A stretch of 64,000 bases of DNA from the human T2T-CHM13v2.0 reference genome, Homo sapiens. The stretch lies in NCBI RefSeq assembly GCF_009914755.1, contig NC_060947.1; one strand, written 5' to 3'. The position numbers and the translations under genes are program-made. Of the stretch, positions 43,040 through 57,735 are shown one piece after another (position 1 is the first letter of the stretch; every line of letters begins with the position of its first letter). The notes under the pieces were generated by a model. That model saw only the letters and a list, made by a program, of their open reading frames with translations. It had not been told where the DNA came from and searched no databases.

Positions 43040-43133
43040 TGCACCTGTAGTCCCAGCTACTTGGAAGGCTGAGATGGGAAGATGGCGAGCTCAAGCCCAG
43101 CCTGGGCAAAATAGCAAGACTCCCGTCTCCAAA
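43040..43133 (+). mobile_element. Alu fragment (deleted right-arm monomer)
   Basis: cacctgtagtcccagctacttgg...ccagcctgggcaaaatagcaagactcccgtctc. Confidence 0.8.
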
Positions 43134-44902
43134 TTAATTAAACTTGTATTCAAGGGATGATTTGAAGGAAAAAAAAAAAAGAAAATGAATGACAGCAAAC
43201 TTTCTCTTGAACAGTGAGCATAGGAGGGGCTGTGCAGAAAGTAAGGAGATGACTATTTTCTAGCTGCAAAACAACGCTTATTTTTCCCAAAAGCCAGAGC
43301 AAACCTCTGGATTTATAACTGTCTAGAAGCTTAACAGAATGAAAGATTCTCTCAGGAGGCAATTCAGAACATAAAAGGATTCTGGACGGTACAGATTCTT
43401 GGTAGCGTGCATGGCTGTGGAAATACTTGGAAGCACTCAATAATAACATAAATAATAATAAAAATAGCAATGGGAAAATTACTGCTTTTGTTTGACATTT
43501 CCTGTTTACCAGACCTGAATGCCTGGTTAGTATATTAGAGAAATTATCTGTTTAAACCTTTCATCAGCACAACAGTTTACATATGAAGAACCTGAAAGTA
43601 TAGGGTTGTTTTTTGGGTGCCTGCACAATTTATGTTTAAGTTAAGGTACTTCTTGTCAATTACCTGGCAGTGAATTACTGACCTGATAAATTCCAGACTT
43701 ATTGGTCAAACAGACTTAAAACTCTGGTTTTTAAACTAGTAATAGTTGGTGTACTTTCTATAAAAAAAAAACCTGTAAATACATTAAAACTCTGGAAAAA
43801 GTAATCTGGCAAAAAGTATAGATCCAATACCATAGAGCTTTTCTATAATATCTTTTGTATTACATGTTCATAAAAGAAAGAAAAGGCTGCAGGATTTTGT
43901 GGCAGACAGGATGTGGCTATGGCTTTGGTAAGTAAATTTTGTTGCAGGGTTGGCTCCTACAAATATTAATGTGTGTAGCTGTGGGATTTTGTGAAGGTAG
44001 TGTTTGTTTTTACTCTCCCTGAAGTGGCAGTGGAATAGAGTAGAAATATTAGGAGCAGTGAATGCACGTAAAACAGGGGTTCTTAGCAGGGGCATGTCAG
44101 AAACCAAAGGAGGGAGGTGTATGTAGTTGGAGAAAGTGCGTTCGCAATTACCATTGCTTGGAAGAACTTGTGAAATGCCAGATAATCTTAAAGGAGGGCA
44201 TCAGGTATTTTATGCTTACCAAAAGTTGAGAAGCTCTAATTACTTCCTTGTTCAAGTGAATGATGATGTGTAATTTACATGCTGTAATTATATGCATTCA
44301 TGTGGAGTGGAATGTCCCCAAATTTCAAAAATTGCATTAAGGTGATAGAATTTGGGGATAATATTTATTTTAAAATTCTGCCTTTAAGAACGAGAATGTG
44401 CAAGCACAGGTGCAATTATGTACTTCATTGCTTTTATCTGTACTTCTGGGACATTTGTGTCTTCATATTGCCAGAGACCAGTGGCCACGGGAAAACAGAT
44501 TGTCTCAGTTCACGGTCCCTCACTGAGGTCAGAGCTTAAATTTCCCAGTGTTCCACTTAGGAAGAACAGTGCTAATGTGTATCTTTTAAGATAACTCAGC
44601 CTGAAAGCCATCTGACTTTCAGTGAGAATGAGGGGTACACTAGGGGAGAAAATAGGCATCAAAGTTTGGAGAGGGCTGTGCTGCCTATAGATTTTCTTCT
44701 AATTACATTCACCCAGAAATGCATACTTTAAAAAAATTATGCTTACTACTCTTTTAACACAGAAGCTTCTACTGGTTGGTTTTGCTAGTTAAAATCCTTC
44801 AGTTAAGCTCTGTAAAATTATTCCCCCACTTGGATTAAAGGGATAGAACACATGCAGTTAATACATAAACCCTCATGGTACATTTGTCCTGAGTTTTACT
44901 GA

Positions 44903-45031
44903 AATATTTTTGGTAGAGATGGGGCTTTACCATGTTGGCCAGGCTGGTCTCGAACTCCTGACCTCAGGTCATCCGCCTGCCTCGGCCTCCCAAAGTCCTG
45001 GGATTACAGGCATAAGCCACCGTGCCCAGCC
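44903..45031 (-). mobile_element. Alu left-arm monomer
   Basis: gtagagatggggctttaccatgttggccaggctggtctcgaactcctgacctcagg...ccaccgtgcccagcc. Confidence 0.9.
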
Positions 45032-46065
45032 TTGTCTGTGATACAAAATTTTGTGTCACAGAATTCTATTTTTAACACTATTACTTTCTAGAAGGTACCA
45101 AACATACTATAAAATAAGCATTTATTGAGTGTGTACTAAATTTAGGACACCATATTGGGTGCTCCTGGAAATGTAAAACACAATGATTTGGTCCCTAACC
45201 TCAATTGTTTGCATGCTATTAAGAGGACAAGATGGACATTTGTGAAGTTTCAAGACAAATTGAAACTGTAATCTGCAAAGCAACATAATTGTGGCAGCAT
45301 TGACTGAACAGGCTTTCTTTTAGCCCTTTGATGTTTAGTCCTTATTCTCATGGTTTGATTATGAAGAGTCCAAGATGCTGAATGTTAGTCACAGATTGAG
45401 TCCTGTGGTTCCGGCAGCTTGTCAACTCTGGTTGCTATACGTTTGGATAATGTTAATAAATTCATTGTTCAGGGGAGCTTACAGTGTAGAGAACCAGGTT
45501 GAGCACAAGTCAGATACACAAAATACAATTAACTATACCAAGTAACCAAGAAAACTAACTTATAAAAGTTCCTGGCATGGTGTAGTCAAAATGACTTGGC
45601 CTATGATTAAGGACATTGGGTTTTTGCTTTGTCTTGGTCCCTAACAGACTGTGGGACATGGGGCACTACTTAGCTTTCTCTGAGCCTGCATTCTTATCTT
45701 GAAATGGGTATGCTGATTATGTGAGCCTCATGGGATTATTATGAATACTAAATGGAATTTTATGAATGAATATACTTTATAAACTGTAAAGCAGCTTACA
45801 AATGTTAGAGGATATTTTAATTTCACTTGTTGCATAAAATCCAAGAGCCATTTTTCTTCCTCCTACTGTCTCTAATGATTATATAATAACATTTTTTCAC
45901 TTATTCTTTTTCTGCTTGTGTTTTGAGGTTCTCCCTCACAATACACTCCAATCAAAATAAAGATTATTTGCATCACTACATGTGTCCCCTCCTATTATTC
46001 CTGACCCCTTCATGGACAGTCACTTTTAGGATTTCTATTGCTGTAGCTTAGTTGAGCCATTTACA

Positions 46066-46549
<484 letters not shown>

Positions 46550-48662
46550 AAGTAACAGATGCCAATATTATGTTATTCCTGTTAGGTAAGGAGGGTCCCT
46601 GGTGTAATCCCAAATGTGCTTGCTTTTTTATTTACTATATTATTTACTTTTTAAACATTTATTTTTATTATACCCTCTAGCATTTTGGAAGGCACTTATT
46701 TTATATATGCTTGGTCCTTAGGCCCTTTCTTCACCCCAAATGAGTATGTTAACAGATTGTGACACAGTGTGACACCTCTTCGTATGCTGTATTGTCCACA
46801 CTGACACATTTCTGATGACCGCCAAGCCCTCATTCTTGCATGGGAAGAGTCCCTGCTGCAGTAATGTTAGCCACTTGCTGAGCTCACAAGTCAGAAGGGG
46901 GGTGGTGGTTCAAGAGGTGTGGTGAGAGGCTCAGTGATGGTGAAAGGATATCCAAAGGATCCTGCCAATGCCATTGGATCATTTAAGAGAGACCTACTTT
47001 GAATGGTCCATAGAGTATGGTGAGTTTGGCAACAAGCCAATTCCTTCAAGATAGTGTCTTCATTTATTTGAAGTCACTTGGCATGTAGCCTTATGTGGTC
47101 AAGGACCTAAGCCACACTTTTGGGAGGAGCTGAGGGAAGGGCCTGGCCTCCTGAGAATTGCCAGTATTGCACCCTCCTTGTAGGCCCCCTGGTTAGCCAA
47201 CCAGGGATTCTGTTCTCTCGCTGGTACAGGCTGCTTGTGGCTACCCGAGTTGGGTTTCCCCAGGGTCCGTTCAGGGCAAAGGGTTGTGCTGTTAATAGGT
47301 CTATCACCACAGTTTTCTGATGCTGTACAGGATGCAGTGTTTAAAGTCAGGCTGAACACATAGGCTGCTTCACAGTCCCTATCCTTTATTTCAGGAGGAA
47401 AGGGATAGCCAAGTCTCGCAGTGACAGGCATGTTAATCTGTGGGTTGCCCGGCTCACAGCCTTTTCTGACCATCTGTTCTCCTAGCACTTGCTGATAAGA
47501 TGGGGCATTGGGACATGGCCTTGCCCTCATCACAGCTGATGGCTTCCGGGAGGTCACCTGACCTGAGACAGGCCCCTCAGATTCTCTCTTCCATGAATTT
47601 GAAATTTGTGTTCAAGGCTGCTCATCAGTCTCTGTTGGATGTTTGAATTGGGAATGCTCTAATGGGAGGCTTTTGGACAGAGAGAGCCAGTGTGCATAGA
47701 TAGAGAAGAATGCAGCTGATGTGCAAGAGAAGTACATCCCAGAGCCCTGACTATAGGGAAGGGTAGCTCCTTTGGCTTCCTGTCCCAGGAAGTGCCAGCG
47801 GCTTGTGCTTCCCTACAGGATGCCCATGGCCCTCAGGAAGCCCCTTGCTCAAGGTGGCTTGTATCATCTCTTGCTAGTAGCCACATGATTTGTGGTTAAG
47901 ATACTTTACGTTTGAATAATGCGAGGCAAAATGAGTTGAGAGAATGGTTTACTAAAAATAATATCAATTGATGTAAGAGGTCAGAATATAGCCATGGTGC
48001 CTGCTGGTCCATCCTGCCAGCAAGCCAGTGCAGTCCTTGGTCACAGTCACTCACAGTGTGTGCCAGGGCTTCAGACAGCCCTTGGCTGTGAGTGAAGACA
48101 TGTGGTAAGAGCCAGGGGCTTTCCTGTGCCCAGGAAAGCATGTCCTTGGCCATAACTTGTGTGGAGCACAGGTAGGACTCAACCATTCTGGCCCTTCAAT
48201 GCAGCTTTAAAGAGTGGTCACTGGGCCAGTCACTTTCAGCTGACACTGTCAAAGGGGAAGGATTTCTGCTTCTTGCTGAGAAGCCTTAGCTTTCTAAAAT
48301 AAGTTGTTTTGGTGACTCTTGGGGAAGGAAGAGGCTTATATCACTGGTCTTTGAGTTGAGGGACCTGATTACCAGGTTATACTTTTCTGGACTTCTCATT
48401 TGTCTAAGACCACAACAGTCATATTTATTTCTAAGCACAACATGGAAGGAATGCAACAGCTTCTGATGCTGTTTCCAGACTTGACTATTGCATCTCTCTA
48501 GCCGTTTTTACATGTAAGGATCCCTGCCCAACCTCTCCCATCTCATGCCCTCTTAGCAACCTCAGAAACCAAAGAAAAATGCCCTGTTAATGTGTCCTTG
48601 ATGAGAGCTATTTGCAAACAAAGCACTCTTTCTAGTCATATTTCATTATCAGAAATGTGATT

Positions 48663-48685
48663 ACATATATATATATATATATATA
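48663..48685. repeat. (AT)n microsatellite
   Basis: About 10 AT units. Confidence 0.9.
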
Positions 48686-48795
48686 GTTAATAACAATCCC
48701 ATGAGGGACTCATCTCTTTTTCAGGGAGCAGATGACTGGGGATGCAGATAAGGTGTACCCAAAGTCTTAGAATACAAGGTAAAAATGTCAGTAAT

Positions 48796-49144
<349 letters not shown>

Positions 49145-51378
49145 TTATTGTCTTTGAGTGTCAGGAAAGGCCTCTTGGTGAAAGGACATCTTCCTTGTGC
49201 TTTGAAAGGCAGGTAGGACCTGGCTGAGCAGCGATGGGGCAGGAGGGCTGAGCAGGTAGAGCCCTGCATGTATCCTGCAGGAGCAAGCTTGATGGTTGTG
49301 TTGCCTCAGGGTCCAAAGTGTAGTTGTATTTGCCCCCATAGCCATGTAACGAGCTATGTAATTTTCTATAGGAATAGATCTCTGGTGCAATATACCATTA
49401 CTAATAGCACCTTATTAGATACTTCCTCTTTTTAGTTCCAATATATGTCAGGTTTTTGACAGAATCCTTGTCTATATGTGAAAAGTATGAAGGTTGCAAC
49501 TATAGTTTTTGTAAATTTATCTTTAACCAGCTTCACTGATTCTTAAAGTCATCCAGGATTTCTGACTCTAAGTGATGTAGAGTGTATTTGCTTATGGAAA
49601 ATAGAAGAATTAAAATAATAAGGCAAATACTCCTTCCAGTGCCATATCCTCTTTTAAAGAACACAGCTCATTTTCATTGCAGCCCCATTACACTGAACAG
49701 GCTTTTCTCTTGCTCTTAATGTGTCAAAATTGTATGACCTATCGCTTCCTTTGAAGATCAAAGGAAATGAAACTCCAGATCTGGGAAAATGGTTTCCCCA
49801 ATTCCTGTGCTGTTAATGCTCCTATTCATCCATGTATGAAAATCCAGGGAGATAATTGGCTAGCAAAGGCTAGCCAATTAGCTAGCACAAGTCTTCTGGG
49901 ACAATAGTCAGAATGAGAACAGGTTTTGAGAAACAGTGTAACTTAGGCCTTCCTGCTGGGTTCCCAGTCATAGGACTTCTGTCCCATGGTTGCATCCAGA
50001 GTCTCTATGGGGCTGCCCAGAAAGCTGTTTACCTTCTGTTGTAACACCTCCCAAGGCAACCCACTCCATTTTGGGCAGTGCCTATTATTAGAAAGTTCTT
50101 CCTTGTAATGAGCCAAAAATCTGTTTCCCTATAACTTTCCCTAATACTGGCTTAAATATAGATTTTTGAGGACTGGCCTAGAAACAAGCCACCAGGTATA
50201 ACATGGTTTCTCAAAGAAAATACATTTTGAGTTTCAAACAAGTAATGTATAAATAATCCAGAACACAGCCCAGTTCATAAAATGGAGTATGCCCAATAAG
50301 GGGCACGGGAGGCCCGTCCCAGGAAAGGAGAAGGGAAAAGGCCAGTGCCCCCAGGGTCAGTCTGTAGAGTCCGTTTCTTCCCACTCTGTGTTTACCCATG
50401 TTTCCTGGCTATTGACAATTAGAAACTGCCCAAGAAACCTCGCTGTGGAAATTGGTTCAGGGTACTGGTTTCCTCACAGCTCACTCGTAGGAAGCCCTTA
50501 GGCAGTATAAAGAAAACCAGGCTTCTCTTTAGCGTTCACCTACCTAGACGAGAGGGTCAGTGACTGGGTAATATTGGACAGAGGAACTCAGCCCTTGGCC
50601 TTGACTGCTGTTACTTACACTGCCGCAAGAGGCAGAATATAATAATGGCCAAGAAAACTGCCTTCGAGTTGGACAGAAATTGATTGGACTCCGGGCTATA
50701 CCACTTATTTGCTTTGTGACTTTGAGCACGTTGCTGAAAGTCAACAACCGAAAGCCTCAGGTTTTCATCTGCAAAACAGAGATTAAGAATAAATGTGATG
50801 AAGCGTATAAGGAGCACGGTACTGCTCAATAAATGTCGTTTATCACACACATACATGGTTAACTCTGTTTCCAGACTGTGCCCTTCGTTCATGAACAGCC
50901 AATCAAATCCCCCTCCCAGGCTGTGGGGTGAGCAGATACGATGCGGTTGCCTTATCTCGTGACTCAGCCCATCACTTTTGGTTAGAGCTACTTTGAAAGG
51001 CAATTCCACAGTTTCAGAGTGGGTTCTTCTCATATATGTTGCACCTGTGGCCTCTTGTTTCTCTTCTCAGGGCCAAAACCAGAGTACTTAAGTTTCTTAA
51101 GCTTTCGTTCTAGAATGTGCTTGGTGGAAAACCAATACTCAAGACACTACAGTTTTCCATGTGTTTGTCAAGCTTTATTGATTCTTCAGATCAGTCCTCC
51201 CATAGGTTTGTTCCTGGTGCTAATGATATTGAACATTTCTGGTTCACGTCGACATACACATGAAGATATTTATTTCCCATACTGGCTTTTAAAGTATCAA
51301 ACTATAGCTTGGAGTGGAACATGCTTTCATTTCTATAGATTTACCTGCTTGAAGGAGGGGAATAATGCATAGCCTTTT

Positions 51379-51516
51379 ATTATTTTTTTTATTATACTTT
51401 AAGTTCTAGGGTACATGTGCACAACGTGCAGGTTTGTTACATATGTATACATGTGCCATGTTGGTGTGCTGCACCCATTAACTCGTCATTTACATTAGGT
51501 ATATCTCCTAATGCTA
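51379..51516 (-). mobile_element. Severely 5'-truncated L1PA4/5-like insertion (~140 bp)
   Basis: Only the 3' UTR terminus and tail remain (aagttctagggtacatgtgcacaacgtgcagg). TSD TAATG[C/G]ATAGCCTTTT at 51363-78 and 51515-30, with a TTTT/AA target. Confidence 0.93.
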
Positions 51517-52254
51517 ATGGATAGCCTTTTAAAATAAATGAATTATTGGCCATGCCTATAGATCTTATTTATTTTTAATTATGGCAGCCAAATTCTCAGG
51601 GTTGATTCAAGGAAAAATCAGTGCCAGGATGGACGATGCTGGCTTATGAACTCCTCTTATGGAAGAGTTAGGAGTAAAGGGTTGAGGAGAAAGAACCTTC
51701 TACAGACAGGCTAAAGAGGACATTAAAGGAAAGCAGTAGTGGAGGGTCAGGGCTTTGAGTAACTGTTCTGCCATTTAGTGGCGATGACCTTGGGCACGTT
51801 TCATAGGGTTATTAAGAAGATTGAGCCAGATAAAGCATTAAAGCACTTAGCATAGTACAGGGCACACAGATAGTAAGCACCTCAGTTGTACATTTTTTAA
51901 GAGACAGGGAAATCTTACTTAAATGCTGTTCATTATCTTGGCTCCTAACCATCAGCTACAGACCTCATAGAGTTATAGGATATTAGAGCTTCAAATTACT
52001 TTTCTATTAGTGGTGATGGATTAGAAGGAACTATTCCCATGCTTTCTCATTTAGTCCCCCTTGTGGCCAAAAGCAGACATTTATGAAGCAATGTGCTGGA
52101 TTAGAAGCAATTGGCTAAAGCACAGGTTTTTATCTGAGTGCAACTGCCAGGGCCTTACAGTAGTCAGGCCCACCATTTAGCCTCCTTGATGCAGTGCTAG
52201 TGAGAATAGACTTTATGCCTCCAAAGCTCATACTTACTTACCTGCCTGCTGTCT

Positions 52255-52880
52255 TGTATTTGGTCAGTTAGCAAATATTTAACTAAGCCCCTCCTGTGAG
52301 CCGGCATTTGTATTGGCCCTGGGGATACACCCATGAATAGGACAAAAATCCTGCCCTCACAGAACTTAACATTCATTTTGGTAGACAGACAAAGTGAGTA
52401 AGGTAAATAGTATACAAAGGTGATAGGTGCAGTGGCGAAAGATAAAGCAGGAGCCCCGTGGGGGAGTGGAATTCTGGTTTCAAATACGGTCATCAGGGAA
52501 GGGCTCATGGAGGAGCAGAGACCTGAAATGAGAGATCTTGGAATTCCAGGCAGAAGGAAGAGCAAGTGTGAAATCTCTGAGGCAAGAGCATGCCAAGAGT
52601 TTTGAGGGTGAACACAGAGGCCTGTGAGGCTGCAGCAGAGTGAACCAGTGGGGGCTGCAGGTCAAGTAGGACCTTGCAGGCCAGGATAAGAACATTGACT
52701 TTCTCTCTGAGAGATGAAATGTTGTGGGAGGATTTTGAGCAAAGTCACGTATTATTGGACTTAGGTTTCAGCAGGATCATCTCAACTGCTGTGTTGAATA
52801 GAGAATGGGGGCAAGGGTGGATGCAAGGGGAGATGGAGGCTTGGCCTAGGGTGGTAGTGGTAGAAGTGGTGAAGTGTCCT
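52255..52880 (-). mobile_element. L2a 3' portion
   Basis: agcaaatatttaactaagcccctcctgtgagccggca...acaaaaatcctgccctcacagaactta...ttccaggcagaaggaagagcaagtgtgaaa. Confidence 0.8.
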
Positions 52881-55794
52881 CTTTGTGCTTTTCCAAAATG
52901 TCTGATTTTTAGGGGGGCCAAAAACATATTACTATTACCTTAAAGTTATTTTTTTCATAGTACTCTGTCAATATTAGACATCTGAATTTTCCCTGTACAT
53001 TGCATTTAGTAGCAGTACCATATATATATATGCAGTGTGGACATATGAGTGTTGAAAGGAAAGCTAATTAAGTCACTAATACCAGTTTTTAAGTTTTTTT
53101 TTTCCTTAAATCACCTCAGGAGAAAGTTAGGATCATTGAAAGGAGAATCCTACCTTACTATTTATATGAGAATCTTGCTCTTGAACACTGCATACATGCT
53201 TTCTTTTCCAGGTTTTTCCACATTTAATAGTAGGTCCTCTTCTAACATTATGTCTTATTGGCTCCAGTTTCACCTGAAAGGAGGCATGAGTTCTTCAAAC
53301 CAACCCACCTCATCACACCCCATCAATGCATAGCCACATAAAGCGTGGGAATTCAGTGACTTTTTTGCCATCTGAGTTCTAGCTTCTTCCTGTGTATAAA
53401 GTATTTATTAGGACTATGGTTTTGGTTTCAGTATTTTGAAGATGATAATCCTATATATAAATTATGCAAAGAAGATTCTCCCTTTTGAAAATAATGGAAC
53501 TCCAGGAAAGCCAAATATGTTCAACATAATTATGAGAAAGAAGTGTGCCACTGTCAGATTGGCATTTATGGAAAAATTGTTACGATTCGTTTTTCCAGAT
53601 TCATTCCCATCCAAAATTCACGAGGACACAGCCAATAAAAGGGAGCTGAATTTGAAGAAGAGCTCGTCACTAAGATTCATTCTGTATTTATTGAGCTGAT
53701 TCTGTTTGATGGATATTAGGACAGAATATTTGAACAGCATGTTGTCTTGGAAAATCAGGTACGAGGTATGGCTGAGGCTTTGGTGGATATAAAGGAGGAA
53801 AGGATTTATTCCTTCCCCACATGACTCTTAAAATCTTGATGTATTAATACAATTAATACAGGGCAGAACAAATGTGTAGTCAGTACAAACATTCTGTCAA
53901 CACACATTAATATGTGGCTCTTGTTTATAAGCTTATTCTGACATGATCTTTTTAAAAAGTATCTTATTAGTGTAGAATTTGATCCGTCTTTTCACAGTGC
54001 TGGTTACCTGAGGAATGGAAGCAAGGGAAGGGGTTTCTTGCCGTAACTCTTCTTTCACTGGTGGTTGGCTATCTGCTAATGGCGCTAAGACTGTTAGTGC
54101 TCCTGGCACTCACACGGCCTTAGTGTGTATTCAACTGTGCCAAAAGATAAAGGAGGTGGGGCATACAGGGAATCCCCCAAACATTAAGCTTCTGTCACTT
54201 TAGCCACTACAGCTGGTGCAGATTTCTAAGTACATAAATCTCCTGGTAAGTGGCTTTGCTGGCCCCAATTCCTAATAGGCATTTACCTATATGATGTCTA
54301 TTTATATATCTGGGTCATCATGAAACCAGAGGTATGAGCTATATTCATATAGTCTTAACCTCTGGTTTGCTTGCTTCTTCCTTTCACATGCTCTTGGACT
54401 CTCAAAGTTGAAATAAGACCTTCACTATTAGTATAGATCAAAAACCTAAGTCCTGTTTTAAACATTTGCTAGGAGAACTCAACAATGCTTATAAAGAAAA
54501 AATAATGCCAAGAGGCTCAGAATAAGCTACCCTTAACATTCTTCTCTGATGTAATAGAACATTTCTCAATGTACGGATATGTGTGCAGTTAAATTCTTTC
54601 TTTTCTTTTTGCTTCTGGGCCTTTTTGGGGAATTTAGTTTTTAAGGGAGAAGAAACCTAAGTCTGTAAGCTTTTAGGGTAATATAAAAGAAATGAGAAAC
54701 CAATTCAATAGGGCTGACCATTTTTTTCTCTTTTCCCAGTGTGATATACAGAGTACCTAATAACATGTTCAGGAATTTTCTGTGACTCTATTTGTTGAAT
54801 AATGGAATTAAGTATAAGGTAGAGCTGTGTGGGCCTCATTTGAAGGAGTTTAGTTATTCAAGTAGTAAAAGGCTCTCTTAACAAGGTGGCATTTATTATT
54901 ATTTTAGCAGCTGTATAGCCCTGATTTTCTGTGACAGGCCAATTTCAAAGATCTTTACCGTGTTCAGATTCTGTTTTTAATTCTGAAAATACTGTCACCA
55001 TATGGGTCCATTTTTACCACTTCATGGGCCCACAGGACATTAGAGAGTATTCAGTCTCTAGCCAGCCACCTCCTTGAGCCACCCTCCAGCTAAACTCCCC
55101 AGGATGAGTACAGAGCCCAGCAGGTGCAGCCCCTTGGTGAATGCTGTTGACCAGTCTTTGGCATCTGAGCTAACAGTTGAATTTGATATTTGCCCCTCTG
55201 AGGACCACTGGGCAATTCAAAGAAACAAGTAACTCTAGCACTGGAAGGGCCCTGGGGCTAGTCCTGCCACTTTGTAGATGATGAACTAAGACACAGATAT
55301 GCAACATGACTGGTGTAAGCTAGTGGTTGCAACTTAGAGAAGGAAGTATTGTTTGCTGGACTTACAGCATGCCTGGAGCCATTTCCTATGAAATGATTAG
55401 TTGTTTCACTACACATATGAAGAGACTGTAATAGACCCACAGTCAAAGCTAGAATTTCTGACTTTTCATAGTGCTATTCAAAGCCATTTTCATATTTTCA
55501 AAAGCATCTGTGATTTGTTATACCTTGTTAGACAATCTGCATTTTAGACTCTGGCTATCTGATCCCTGATAAAATCCAAATAGAAGCTAGAGTTTGTGAC
55601 AAATCACTCTAGCTTCATGACCTAGCTCCTGAAACTTGAAGTCTATGAATTGGATCTAGGATGTAATAATATTAAAATACAAAATGTAATCTCAGTGGGC
55701 TGTACTGGGTACAAAAATAAAAAGAGTACCCTGTCTGGTCATTAGTGTATGCAGGATCAATGAATTGTGCTGGTGTTTTGTTTCCCATAAGTCT

Positions 55795-56094
<300 letters not shown>

Positions 56095-56603
56095 TAAATC
56101 TTTAAAGGAGAAAATGTCTCTTTCTTCCATGTCCTACTTCTCATATTGGCAGCCACCTTTATAGACTTGTCCACTCTGTTTTGCGTCTCTTTGCTGTCCC
56201 CTGTCTTCCAGCATTGTCCTCTCATGTTCTAGTGACAGTCTTCCTCAAGCCTTAGTCCTTGAACTTCCCACCATCTTCTGCTTCTGTTTCCCAAGATTCG
56301 TTGTTCCCGCTTAGCTGTCACTTCTGGCCTCAGCCCTCACCTGCAGCTCTGACTTACTCCTAAATTCAAGCCCCACATTCACAACTGCCTTCTGAACATG
56401 TTGCCTCTGTGACCTTTGGTCACCCCAAACCCAATAGAAAACAGAGCCTGGACCAGACGGTCTCTGGATTTCTTATTGGTTCTCAGATTCAATTTTAACA
56501 AGTCAGCACTTAAGATTATCTCACTCCTCTCCCGCTTCTTAACTTCCCTGTCTCCTTTTAATGATACCACCAACCTGTCAGCCATATAACATGTATTATC
56601 TTC

Positions 56604-56606
<3 letters not shown>

Positions 56607-56640
<34 letters not shown>
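56607..56640. repeat. (AC)~17 microsatellite
   Basis: Perfect dinucleotide run. Confidence 0.95.
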
Positions 56641-56642
<2 letters not shown>

Positions 56643-57267
56643 ACAGACGTACACATGTATACATGTACACAAGAGACAAAAATGGAGTAAAAAGGTTGAA
56701 TTGGTCAAAATACTTGCCTAGAGAGAGTTCAAAGCACATGTCTTGATAACAGTGGGATCTTCTTATAAAAAGTAAAGCTTTTGTTATGCTAGTGAGCTTA
56801 TAAATTTTTGCGTGTCTGTGTAAAACTACAAACGCATGTCCTGCTGGGCATTCTTCCTACCCTTTCTTACCCAGGAGCCTCTCGCCACCTGGGAAAGCTG
56901 ACAGAACAGTGGGCTTCAGGTCCAGAAATGAGCCAACTTTCCTACCCCTGCTGCTGGTGGTTTATCAGATACAGGGAGAATCTTAGAAACTCTCTTTTGT
57001 TTGCTTAAAGGCACAGCTATAAATATATTTCAGCGTGACTGAGTGTGTCAAGTTTGAGATTCTGATTTGTTGTATCAGAATGTTAGAGCTGGGAGGGAAG
57101 CACTGGCAATCAGGTTTCTCTACTTCCTGATTTTATTGAAGAGTGAGCTGAGGCCCAGAAATATCAGGTGATCTGCCCAAAGTCACACAGCTCATTAATG
57201 ACAAAACTACAACTGAAGCCCTGGTCTTCTAAACCCCAGCCAAGAGCTCTAACATTTTTAATTCTAA

Positions 57268-57401
57268 TTTTTTTTTTTTTTTTTTGAGATGGAGGTCTTG
57301 CTATGCTGCCAAGTCTGGCCTCGAACTCCTGGGCTCAAGTGATCCTCCTGTCTCAGTCTCCTGAGCAGCTGGGATTACAGGCGTGAGCCACCACATTCAG
57401 C
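57268..57401 (-). mobile_element. FLAM / Alu left monomer
   Basis: Poly-T, then gagatggaggtcttgctatgctgcc...gggattacaggcgtgagccacc. Confidence 0.88.
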
Positions 57402-57409
57402 TAACATTC

Positions 57410-57735
57410 TTTTTTTCTTTTTCTTTTTCTTTTTTTTTTTTTTTTTTGAGACAGAGTAAAGCTCTGTCACCCAGGCTGGAGTACAGTGGCATGATCTTGG
57501 CTCACTGCAACCTCTGCCCTGTGGGTTCAAGTGATTCTCCCGCCTCAGCCTCCCAAGTAGCTGGGATTACAGGCACGCACCACCACAGCCGGCTAATTTT
57601 TGTATTTTTAGTAGAGATGGGGTTTCACCATGTTGGCCAGGCTGGTCTCGAACTCCTGGCCTCAAGTGATCCGCCCACCTCTGCCTCTGCCTTCCAAAGT
57701 GCTAGGATTACAGGCATGAGTCACCACGTCTGGCC
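57410..57735 (-). mobile_element. AluS element
   Basis: Antisense dimer with TSD cagctaa[ca/tg]ttctttt and a 6-bp internal duplication cctctgcctctgcc. Confidence 0.92.
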
